This document shows, in pieces, positions 1-8,019 of a stretch of DNA of 24,822 bases. This stretch comes from a virus (Duplodnaviria > Caudoviricetes): IMG/VR virus record IMGVR_UViG_3300042922_000077. One strand, given 5' to 3'. Made by a program: the position numbers and the translations under genes. Numbering within the stretch: the stretch's first letter is position 1; every line of letters begins with the position of its first letter. The notes below the pieces were generated by a model, which ran no database searches, was not told the DNA's origin, and saw nothing but the letters and a program-made list of their open reading frames with translations.

Positions 1-1190
1 TGGATGCCGGGTGTGAGCACCTTTTTCTGTGGGACGATGACGCCTGGCCTGTTGCTGCTAACTGGCACCTGCCTTACATCGAATCACCAGAGCCGCACCT
101 GTCTTACCAGTTTCTTGATCTGGCTGGTCCACGCAAACTGAATGACCTCGAGGTGCTTTACCGTGACGATCGGCATGTGGCTTATACCGGGCAGCGCGGT
201 GTGATGCTGTATTACCATCGCAGCGCTATTGAGAAGGTTGGCGGATTCGATTCGGTCTACGGACGCGGCATGTATGAGCATAGTGACCTTGCCCTGCGCA
301 TACACAATGCAGGGCTGACGACATGGGCGTTCGCCGATGTGGTTGGCTCGGACAAGCTCATTCACTCACTGGACGAACATGAACAGGTTGAACGTTCGGT
401 ACCGCGTCCGGATCGTGAAGAGCAGGTTAAGCGCAATGTTCGAATTCACAACGAGAGACGTGACAGCGGTTATACCGGTTACGCCGAGTACCGGCAGCAG
501 CGTGATGTGGTGATCACTACATTGCTGACCAGTCAGCCAGATCCGCAGCGTGGTACGAAAATGACAGCCTCGCCTGACATGCTGGCTAAATGGGCGGCTT
601 CGCTTCGTCAGTGTGGGCGTATAGCGCTGGTGGATGAACTGAAGGCGGCCCCGGCTGACGTTGAACTATGCCGCGTTCATGATGTGAAGATGAACGTTTA
701 CTTCCGGCGCTGGCTGCACATCTGGCAGCATCTTCGCGATCACCCTGATTACCGGTTCGTCTGGTGCACCGATGGTACCGATGTCGAAATGCTTCGCGCA
801 CCGTGGGATGAAATGCAGCCCGGCAAGGTTTATGTCGGATCAGAACCGAAGACATACGCCGACGCCTGGGCAAAGCAGAATCATCCGGAGCGTATCTATC
901 AGGAATTCATTGAAGCGCATCGCAACGATGTGATGCTCAACGCTGGTCTGCTGGGTGGTACCCGCGCCGATGTAATGGCGTTCGCTCACGGCATCATCCG
1001 TCTTTACTACCGGATCGAGAGTTATCGGTTCTGGAAGAAAGAACAGTCTGGCGCCGCGGTGGGCGACATGCTGGCGTTCGGCATTGTCGCGCAGTCATTC
1101 GCTGACAGGATGGTCACCGGCCCGAAGGTTCACACCGTTTTCAAAACTGATGGTATCGGTAAGGAGTCAGCATGGTGGAAACACAAGTGA
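1..1190 (+). CDS. Glycosyltransferase, 5'-truncated by window edge; N-terminal GT2-like domain plus a second GT-A-like domain
   Basis: The frame of ORF 153..1190 is open back to nt 3 (DAGCEHLFLWDDDAWP...), which adds a DxD motif at nt 33-41. KVGGFDSVYGRGMYEHSDLALR fits the GT2 GGFD...ED.DL..R pattern. The second half has FVWCTDGTDV and LNAGLLGG, resembling the TDxxDV / LNSG motifs of PLOD/LH3-type GT-A domains. No transmembrane segment is apparent. Confidence 0.8.
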   Translation, partial: DAGCEHLFLWDDDAWPVAANWHLPYIESPEPHLSYQFLDLAGPRKLNDLEVLYRDDRHVAYTGQRGVMLYYHRSAIEKVGGFDSVYGRGMYEHSDLALRIHNAGLTTWAFADVVGSDKLIHSLDEHEQVERSVPRPDREEQVKRNVRIHNERRDSGYTGYAEYRQQRDVVITTLLTSQPDPQRGTKMTASPDMLAKWAASLRQCGRIALVDELKAAPADVELCRVHDVKMNVYFRRWLHIWQHLRDHPDYRFVWCTDGTDVEMLRAPWDEMQPGKVYVGSEPKTYADAWAKQNHPERIYQEFIEAHRNDVMLNAGLLGGTRADVMAFAHGIIRLYYRIESYRFWKKEQSGAAVGDMLAFGIVAQSFADRMVTGPKVHTVFKTDGIGKESAWWKHK

Positions 1191-1765
1191 AGTTCGTTGT
1201 GGTTGGCCACCATGCCCGGCGAGCGCAGGCAGAAAAGCTGGCTGAATCACTGGCTGCTTATCTGCTTGTCGATGAGAGTGACCTGGGGGCGAACTGGAAT
1301 CATCGCCGCGCGCTGGAGTGGGCTGCCGCGCAGGACAGTCTGGTTGTTGTAATTGAGGATGATGCGCTGCCGGTGAAAGGGTTCCAGGCGCTGGTCACCG
1401 AGTGGCTTAATCGCTTCCCTGATTCCCTCATCAGCTTCTATCTCGGTACCGGTCGCCCACCACAATATCAACTGGAGATAGCTACGAAGCTAATCACCGC
1501 CGATCGTGTGAGGGCAGACCATATTTACATGCAACGTCTGGTGCATGCCGTTTGCTACAGCGTTCCGCCAAAGCTAATACCAAAAGTGCTGGCACGCTGG
1601 GACGCGGGTAAGCCTGCTGATTATGCTGTGGGCGATGCCTGCGGTGGCCCGGTGATTTATCCGTGCTTCTCGCTGGTGGATCATGCTGATGGTGATCCGG
1701 TAGAGAAGCACCCTGACCGCCAGCCGCGCCACGAGCGCAGGCGTGCATGGAGGTTACATGGCTAA
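1172..1765 (+). CDS. Putative glycosyltransferase (GT25-like GT-A fold)
   Basis: AAGGAG RBS precedes ATG1172; an alternative GTG1187 overlaps the upstream stop (GTGA). Motifs are VVGHHAR, GANWNHRRALEW, VVVIEDDALP (hydrophobic strand + EDD) and YPCFSLVDH. Confidence 0.7.
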   Translation: MVETQVKFVVVGHHARRAQAEKLAESLAAYLLVDESDLGANWNHRRALEWAAAQDSLVVVIEDDALPVKGFQALVTEWLNRFPDSLISFYLGTGRPPQYQLEIATKLITADRVRADHIYMQRLVHAVCYSVPPKLIPKVLARWDAGKPADYAVGDACGGPVIYPCFSLVDHADGDPVEKHPDRQPRHERRRAWRLHG

Positions 1766-2126
1766 GCTGACCACATTAAAGCCACGCCTGAAGGTTATCG
1801 ATACGAGCCGCATAAAGCCTGTATACGGTGAGCAACGACGCATCAGCGGAAGTGCCCGTGTCGGCCTTAAGCGTCGAATCTGGGTGCGTGATGGAGGACG
1901 ATGCTGCATGTGTTCACGTGCTGTTGACCTGCACGAGAGTGAGCTGGATCACCGCATCGCGCTTCAGTTCGGTGGTGACAACTCAGAACGTAATCTGTGG
2001 ACGCTCTGCGTAGAGTGCCATGCCGGGAAGTCTGCGCGCGAAGCGGCGGCAGGTCAGCCTGATGAAAAAGCGCTGAAACATGCCGTGCCGGAAGGCGATC
2101 AGGGTAATGATTTCATAGCACTTTGA
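1758..2126 (+). CDS. HNH endonuclease (HK97 gp74-like terminase cofactor)
   Basis: RDGGRCCMC...ELDHRIAL..GGDNSERNLWTLCVECH is an HNH zinc finger. GGAGG at 1749-1753 favours ATG1758 over GTG1743. It lies directly upstream of TerS. Confidence 0.92.
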   Translation: MAKLTTLKPRLKVIDTSRIKPVYGEQRRISGSARVGLKRRIWVRDGGRCCMCSRAVDLHESELDHRIALQFGGDNSERNLWTLCVECHAGKSAREAAAGQPDEKALKHAVPEGDQGNDFIAL

Positions 2127-2303
2127 ACCAGATGTGAAAGCCTGTCGCATGCAGATGAGAAATAGTTGCATTTGAAATCATTCTCATTTGATTGAGATCC
2201 ATTCTCAACAACCGGGGGGTATGACCGGTTATAAACGTCGATCGCGCTGGACACCGCACCCCTTCTCACGCACAGAAAAAATTCCCCTCTGGAGGGTATA
2301 AAC
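2127..2303. other. Probable cos / packaging initiation region
   Basis: Non-coding gap between HNH and TerS, where cos lies in HK97-like phages. It contains a G-run (2214-2219), the inverted repeat AACCGG..CCGGTT (2210-2230) and the C-rich GACACCGCACCCCTT (2250-2264). The exact cut site cannot be determined. Confidence 0.55.
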
Positions 2304-2804
2304 ATGTTAACAGCGCAGAAGCGGAAATTCGCGGTGGCGCTGATGTCCGGTATGTCTCAGAAAGGTGCGGCAATTCAGGCGGGTTATTCAGAGAAATCCG
2401 CGCGCTCAAAGGGTTCGCAGCTGGCAAAAGACCCGGAAGTCATCGCCTTTATCGACAGAAAAAAGAGAGAGGTCATTGAGACAGACGATGAACCTGCCTG
2501 CCGGAGAAATGTTTATACCCCAGCAGTAAACAACACGGAACGAATCCCGGTACCGGAATCTCCACCAACATCGGGTGCTTTTGATGATCCACTCAAATTT
2601 CTCATGTCCGTGATGAACGACGCCACGAAAGAAATTGACGTACGCAAAGATGCTGCTAAGGCCATGCTGCCCTACATTCACCCTAAAAAAGGGGAAACAG
2701 GGAAAAAAGAGGCGCGAAACGCCGCCGCGAAGGTTGCCGCAGGTGCCAGCAAGTTTGGATCCATGGCGCCGCCAAAACTGGTGGTAAATAATAAGGGAGG
2801 GTAA
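2304..2804 (+). CDS. terS: Terminase small subunit
   Basis: N-terminal HTH LTAQKRKFAVALMSGMSQKGAAIQAGYS; GGAGG RBS; position immediately before TerL. Confidence 0.9.
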   Translation: MLTAQKRKFAVALMSGMSQKGAAIQAGYSEKSARSKGSQLAKDPEVIAFIDRKKREVIETDDEPACRRNVYTPAVNNTERIPVPESPPTSGAFDDPLKFLMSVMNDATKEIDVRKDAAKAMLPYIHPKKGETGKKEARNAAAKVAAGASKFGSMAPPKLVVNNKGG

Positions 2805-2807
2805 TGC

Positions 2808-4466
2808 ATGGCAAAGTGGTCCACAGCATGCCCCGACTGGGAAGCCCTTCTGGTTGCCGGAGAGTCTATTATCCCGCCGCCGATCTTCCCGGATCAGGCA
2901 GAGCAGGCGCTGGGTATTTTCCGGGAACTGCGCGTTTCCGATCTGCCGGGCAAACCCACGTTCGGTGAATGTTCTGAAACATGGGTGTTTGACTTCGTGA
3001 AAGCCATATTCGGCGGTTATGAGGCTGATACCGGAAATCAGCTGATCCGGGAATACGGGCTGCTGATTTCCAAGAAGAACACCAAATCGACCATCGCGGC
3101 GGGCATTATGCTGACCGCGCTGATCCTGTGCTGGCGGGAGGACGAAGAACACCTGATCCTGGCACCAACAAAAGAGGTCGCCGATAACAGCTTCAAGCCT
3201 GCTGCCGGCATGATCCGTGCCGACGAGGAACTGTCGGACATGTTCCAGATACAGGACCATATCCGTACCATTACTCACCGGGTGACGCGCAACACATTAA
3301 AAGTTGTGGCGGCGGATACCGACACTGTATCCGGGAAGAAGTCCGGTCGTATCCTCGTGGACGAACTCTGGTTGTTCGGTAAGCGCGCTAACGCTGAAGC
3401 CATGTTTATGGAAGCGCTTGGCGGGCAGGTATCTCGTAACGAAGGATGGGTTATCTACCTCACCACGCAGAGTGATGAACCACCGTCAGGCGTGTTTAAA
3501 GAACGTCTCGATTACTGGCGCGATGTGCGTGACGGCAAAATCATCGATCCGAAAACACTGGGCATTCTTTATGAGTTCCCGGAGAGCATGATCCAGAGCA
3601 AGGCTTATCTTGCACCTGAAAATTTCTATATTACCAACCCGAACATCGGCCTGTCCGTCAGCCCCGAATGGATAGCCGATAATCTCCGCAAGAATCAGGC
3701 AAAAACTGACGGTACGCTGCAGCAGTTTCTGGCGAAGCACCTCAACATTGAGATCGGCCTGAACCTGAGAACCGACCGCTGGGCGGGTGTTGATTTCTGG
3801 GAGCAGCAGGCGCAGCGCGTGAGTTTTGAAGATCTACTGCGGCGCGCCGAGGTCATCACTGTCGGGATAGACGGCGGGGGACTTGATGATCTGCTGGGCT
3901 TTTCAGCTATCGGGCGTGACACGGAAACGCGTGAATGGCTGTGCTGGTGTCATGCCTGGGCACATGAAATAGCGATCAGGCGTCGCAAAAGTGAAGAATC
4001 AAGGTTCAACGATTTCGTAAAAGCCGGCGACCTTACCATTGTGAAGCGCGTCGGTCAGGATACTGAAGAAGTGGCGGAATATGTCAGCCGGATCCACGTC
4101 GCTGAGCTGCTGGACAAGATAGGCATTGACCCGTCAGGGGTCGGACAAATACTCGACGCGCTGATTGAGGCGGACATTCCTGCCGATGCGGTGGTGGGCG
4201 TGAGTCAGGGCTGGCGTCTCGGCGGCGCGATCAAAACCACAGAGCGCAAGCTTGCCGAGGGAGTGCTGATCCATGCCGGACAGCCACTGATGGCATGGTG
4301 CGTGGGTAATGCCAGGGTTGAGCCGAAGGGTAACGCCATTCTCATCACCAAACAGGCCAGCGGTAAGGGCAAGATTGACCCGCTGATGGCGCTGTTTAAC
4401 GCTGTCTCGCTAATGGCCCTAAATCCTGAGGCGAAAAAGCAGGACTACCAGGTACATTTCATATGA
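2808..4466 (+). CDS. terL: Terminase large subunit (cos-type)
   Basis: Walker A-like ISKKNTKST, Walker B ILVDE, coupling motif LTT, and nuclease residues VGIDGG and KIDPLMA; 552 aa. Confidence 0.95.
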   Translation: MAKWSTACPDWEALLVAGESIIPPPIFPDQAEQALGIFRELRVSDLPGKPTFGECSETWVFDFVKAIFGGYEADTGNQLIREYGLLISKKNTKSTIAAGIMLTALILCWREDEEHLILAPTKEVADNSFKPAAGMIRADEELSDMFQIQDHIRTITHRVTRNTLKVVAADTDTVSGKKSGRILVDELWLFGKRANAEAMFMEALGGQVSRNEGWVIYLTTQSDEPPSGVFKERLDYWRDVRDGKIIDPKTLGILYEFPESMIQSKAYLAPENFYITNPNIGLSVSPEWIADNLRKNQAKTDGTLQQFLAKHLNIEIGLNLRTDRWAGVDFWEQQAQRVSFEDLLRRAEVITVGIDGGGLDDLLGFSAIGRDTETREWLCWCHAWAHEIAIRRRKSEESRFNDFVKAGDLTIVKRVGQDTEEVAEYVSRIHVAELLDKIGIDPSGVGQILDALIEADIPADAVVGVSQGWRLGGAIKTTERKLAEGVLIHAGQPLMAWCVGNARVEPKGNAILITKQASGKGKIDPLMALFNAVSLMALNPEAKKQDYQVHFI

Positions 4467-4484
4467 CAGTTACGTCAGTTCACG

Positions 4485-4506
4485 ACCCGCTCCGGCGGGT
4501 TTTTTC
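4485..4506 (+). terminator. Intrinsic terminator-like hairpin after terL
   Basis: ACCCGC-TCCG-GCGGGT followed by TTTTT. Confidence 0.7.
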
Positions 4507-4524
4507 GTTTCAGGAGGCAGCTAA

Positions 4525-6465
4525 ATGACGCTTAATCGCGCATGCACCCTCATGACGGTGAAGGCAGTAAACGAGGATGAGCGGATTATTACCGGCATCG
4601 CCTCCACGCCATCGCCTGACCGTGACGGGGACATTATGGAGCCGGAGGGGGCAAAATTTCGCAGCGACACCCCGTTCCTCTGGCAGCATGACCGCTCACA
4701 ACCTATCGGCACCTGCACCCCAAAAATGGTGAAAGGCGGGCTGGAAATCAGTGCAAAACTGGTGAAGCCAACCCCTGATATGCCATCCCAGTTAGTGGCC
4801 CGCCTCGATGAGGCCTGGGCGTCCATTAAAGCCGGGCTGGTTCGTGGGCTCTCTATCGGCTTTCGCCCGATCGAATACTCCTTTCTGGATGAAGGCGGCA
4901 TCCGCTTTTTGTCCTGGGATCTTCTTGAAGTCTCGGCAGTGACCATTCCGGCGAACGCCGAATGCTCGATCAATACCGTTAAATCTTTCGACCGCCAGTT
5001 ACTCGCCGCGGCAGGCAATGAGAAACCGGTGGTTAAAGCAACTCAATCCGCTGGCGCTACAGCACACAAAACCAATATCAAAAAAGGAAACGACCCGATG
5101 AATATAGCAGAACAGATCAAAAGCTTTGAAGCGAAGCGTGCGGCGCTGGCGGCTTCCCTCGCTGACATTATGTCGAAGGCTGCCGAAGACGGCCGGACCC
5201 TGGACAGTGAAGAAGAAGAGGGCTACGACAACACCTCCGCTGAAATTAAATCCGTGGATGCGCACCTGAAACGCCTGCGCGACATGGAATCCAGCATGGC
5301 CCAGACAGCCAAACCAGTCAGCAAAGCCGCCGGTGGTGATGTGAATGTGGTGGCGACCAGCGCGCCGGGCATCATCCGCGTTGAGCAGAAGCTGGAAAAA
5401 GGGATCGCATTTGCCCGCTTTGCAAAATCGCTGGCGGCCGCAAATGGCAGCCGCTCCGAAGCGCTGGAAATCGCCCGTAAACAGTACCCGGACGATCCGA
5501 AACTGCATCACGTTCTCAAGGCGGCAGTCGGCGCAGGTACCACCACTGACCCGAAATGGGCTGGCGCGCTGGTAGAATATCAGGAATATGCGCAGGATTT
5601 CGTCGAGTTCCTGCGACCGCAGACCATCATTGGCCGCTTCGGGCAGGGTAATATCCCGGCGCTGCGCCAGGTGCCGTTCAATATCCGTATTCCGGCGCAG
5701 ACTTCCGGTGGTTCAGCGAACTGGGTAGGTCAGGGCAAAGCGAAGCCGCTGACAAAGTTTGATTTTGAGTCGATCACGTTCAGCTTCGCGAAAGTGGCGG
5801 CCATCGCGGTACTGACAGACGAGCTGATCCGCTTTTCCAACCCGGCCGCCGATGCGCTGGTGCGTAATGCCCTGGCCGAAGCAGTCATTGCCCGTCTCGA
5901 TACGGACTTTATCAGCCCGTCAAAAGCGGAAGTGGCTAACGTCTCGCCAGCGTCCATCACCAACGGCATTGTCGCGGTATCATCCACCGGCAATCCAGAT
6001 GATGATGCGTCTGCTGCATTTGGTGTATTTGTTGAGGCCAACCTCCAGCCGAACGGTGCGGTCTGGCTTATGTCCAGCACCACCGCACTGGCACTATCCA
6101 TGCGTAAAAACGCGCTGGGACAGAAAGAGTATCCTGAAATGACGCTGATGGGCGGAACCTTCCAGGGGCTGCCGGTTATCGTTTCCCAGTACGTCGGTAA
6201 CCAGCTGGTGCTGGTGAACGCGCCGGATATTTATCTGGCCGATGACGGTGGTGTTGCAGTGGATATGTCACGTGAAGCGTCACTCGAAATGCAGAGCGAT
6301 CCGACCGGGGACAGCGTAAACGGCACGGGTACCGAGCTGGTTTCCATGTTCCAGACCAACAGCGTGGCTATCCGCGCCGAGCGCTGGATCAACTGGAAGC
6401 GCCGCCGTACCGCTGCCGTTGCGGTAATTTCCGGCGTGAACTACGGCACCATCCAGACCAGCTAA
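4525..6465 (+). CDS. Fused HK97-family prohead protease and major capsid protein
   Basis: The N-terminal ~160 aa carry S78 protease motifs (GIAST..DRDGD, LWQHD, GLSIGF, LLEVSAVTIPAN). A linker and coiled-coil delta-like domain follow, then an HK97-fold capsid (WVGQG..KP, F..IT....KVAAI...TDELIR, FQTNSVAIRAERWI). Confidence 0.93.
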   Translation: MTLNRACTLMTVKAVNEDERIITGIASTPSPDRDGDIMEPEGAKFRSDTPFLWQHDRSQPIGTCTPKMVKGGLEISAKLVKPTPDMPSQLVARLDEAWASIKAGLVRGLSIGFRPIEYSFLDEGGIRFLSWDLLEVSAVTIPANAECSINTVKSFDRQLLAAAGNEKPVVKATQSAGATAHKTNIKKGNDPMNIAEQIKSFEAKRAALAASLADIMSKAAEDGRTLDSEEEEGYDNTSAEIKSVDAHLKRLRDMESSMAQTAKPVSKAAGGDVNVVATSAPGIIRVEQKLEKGIAFARFAKSLAAANGSRSEALEIARKQYPDDPKLHHVLKAAVGAGTTTDPKWAGALVEYQEYAQDFVEFLRPQTIIGRFGQGNIPALRQVPFNIRIPAQTSGGSANWVGQGKAKPLTKFDFESITFSFAKVAAIAVLTDELIRFSNPAADALVRNALAEAVIARLDTDFISPSKAEVANVSPASITNGIVAVSSTGNPDDDASAAFGVFVEANLQPNGAVWLMSSTTALALSMRKNALGQKEYPEMTLMGGTFQGLPVIVSQYVGNQLVLVNAPDIYLADDGGVAVDMSREASLEMQSDPTGDSVNGTGTELVSMFQTNSVAIRAERWINWKRRRTAAVAVISGVNYGTIQTS

Positions 6466-6477
6466 TCAACTCCGGAG

Positions 6478-6495
6478 GGCGGGGGAAACCCCGCC
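6478..6495 (+). promoter_or_regulatory. GC-rich GNRA-tetraloop hairpin after the capsid gene, without U-tract
   Basis: GGCGGGG-GAAA-CCCCGCC, lying between GGAG (6474-6477) and ATG6503. Confidence 0.7.
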
Positions 6496-6502
6496 ATATT
6501 GC

Positions 6503-6670
6503 ATGGCAAAAATCAGATATCTGCAACGCACGCACGACTCCATTCCCGGTGATGAAAAAAACGTGGATGACCAGTGCGCAAGGGTGCTGGTACTCCTGGT
6601 TAAAGCTGAGTTCACCGACGGAAAGCGCGCTGGTGGCGGAAAAAAGAAAAATAACGCGGGTGGCGGCTGA
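6503..6670 (+). CDS. Small hypothetical head-region protein (55 aa), absent from the ORF track
   Basis: Manual translation gives MAKIRYLQRTHDSIPGDEKNVDDQCARVLVLLVKAEFTDGKRAGGGKKKNNAGGG*. The stop overlaps the portal start (TGATG), and the ORF fills the capsid-portal gap. Confidence 0.75.
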   Translation: MAKIRYLQRTHDSIPGDEKNVDDQCARVLVLLVKAEFTDGKRAGGGKKKNNAGGG

Positions 6671-8019
6671 TGTGGAATCCTTTAAGGCGAAAAGCAAAGG
6701 CGCTGCAACAACCCGCCAGCCAGGGAGCATGGACCTCACTGTTAAGTTTTGTCCGTGAACCCTTTGCCGGTGCGTGGCAGCGTAACCTCGAAATTAATCA
6801 GAACACCGTGCTTTCCTTCCACGCTGTGTTTTCCTGCATATCGCTTATTGCCAGTGATATTGCCAAGATGCCGCTGCGAATGATGCGCCGTGACTCAAAC
6901 GGTATCTGGAAAGAAAGCAGTAGCGGTAAAGCCGCGGCGATTTACAGACGACCCAATGCATATCAGAACCGCATTCAGTTTTTTGAGTGCTGGCTTAACT
7001 CGAAGCTTTGCCACGGTAATACCATTGCTCTGAAGATCCGTAATACCCGTGGCGAAATCACAGAGCTTCGCATTCTGGACTGGAACAAAGTGACGCCACT
7101 GGTGGCGGACGACGGCTCCGTTTTTTACCAGATAAACCCTGACAACATGGCGGGCGTGGAATCATCCGTCACCGTTCCGGCGCGTGAGGTTATTCATGAC
7201 CGCTTCAACTGTCTGTTTCATCCGCTCGTCGGACTTTCACCCGTTTACGCCGCCGGGCTTGCTGCGATGCAGGGCCATCATATTCAGCAAAACTCAGCTT
7301 TCTTTTTCCGCAATGGCAGCAAGCCAAGCGGGGTTATTGAAGTGCCTGGCAACATCACCGAGGAAAATGCGCGCGTCCTTAAAGCGAACTGGGATACGGG
7401 CTACACAGGTGAGAATGCAGGAAAAACAGGCCTTTTGAGCAATGGTGCCAAGTACAATCCGGTCTCTATGTCTGCTGATGATGCGAAGGTGGTTGAGCAG
7501 CTTCAGATGTCAGCCAAAATTGTTTGCTCGGCATTTCATGTCCCGGCATATAAAGCCGGCATTGGTGAGCTTCCCTCTTACGACAACATTGAGGCACTGG
7601 AGCAGCAGTATTACTCACAGTGCCTGCAGACGCTGATTGAGTCGATCGAGTTGCTGCTGGATGAAGCGTTTGAGCTTGAAGGTGATACCGGTACCGAGTT
7701 TGATGTGAGCGCGCTTTTGCGTATGGACAGCGAACGCCGGATCAAAACGCTGGGGGAAGGTGTAAAAAACACCATCCTTACACCGAATGAGGCGCGACGC
7801 AGTGAGAACCTGCCCCCCGTCACTGGCGGCGATGAGCTGTACCTGCAACAGCAGAACTTTAGTCTGGGCGCACTTGCGCGCCGCGATGCCTCAGACGATC
7901 CCTTTGGTAAATCCAGCCAGTCATCGCCGCCATCAACATACAGTGATGAAGGTAAGGCGCTGTCTGATGCAGAGCAGTCAGCGGCCAAAGCCATGATCAG
8001 AGGATTACTCATCAAATGA
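6670..8019 (+). CDS. HK97-family portal protein
   Basis: AVFSCISLIASDIAKMPL, RPNAYQ, HGN, VIHDR, GLSP, FFRNGSKPSGVI, AFHVP, LTPNEARRSENLPPVTGGD. Confidence 0.95.
   Translation: MWNPLRRKAKALQQPASQGAWTSLLSFVREPFAGAWQRNLEINQNTVLSFHAVFSCISLIASDIAKMPLRMMRRDSNGIWKESSSGKAAAIYRRPNAYQNRIQFFECWLNSKLCHGNTIALKIRNTRGEITELRILDWNKVTPLVADDGSVFYQINPDNMAGVESSVTVPAREVIHDRFNCLFHPLVGLSPVYAAGLAAMQGHHIQQNSAFFFRNGSKPSGVIEVPGNITEENARVLKANWDTGYTGENAGKTGLLSNGAKYNPVSMSADDAKVVEQLQMSAKIVCSAFHVPAYKAGIGELPSYDNIEALEQQYYSQCLQTLIESIELLLDEAFELEGDTGTEFDVSALLRMDSERRIKTLGEGVKNTILTPNEARRSENLPPVTGGDELYLQQQNFSLGALARRDASDDPFGKSSQSSPPSTYSDEGKALSDAEQSAAKAMIRGLLIK

Noticed and set aside
1-1765. Serotype-conversion (gtrABC-like) or DNA-glucosylation role for the glycosyltransferases
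   Set aside because: No membrane flippase or polytopic transferase and no transmembrane helices are visible, and no base hydroxymethylase is in the window. The genes are embedded in the late operon. These roles are disfavoured but not excluded, because upstream sequence is missing.
2406-3278. 290-aa minus-strand ORF
   Set aside because: It lies antisense to terS/terL, has no recognisable motifs, and is best explained as a shadow ORF of GC-rich coding sequence. The same applies to the other short antisense and out-of-frame ORFs in the track.
6549-6758. 69-aa ORF between capsid and portal
   Set aside because: It overlaps the portal by about 90 nt out of frame. The 6503..6670 ORF fits the gap exactly with TGATG coupling.
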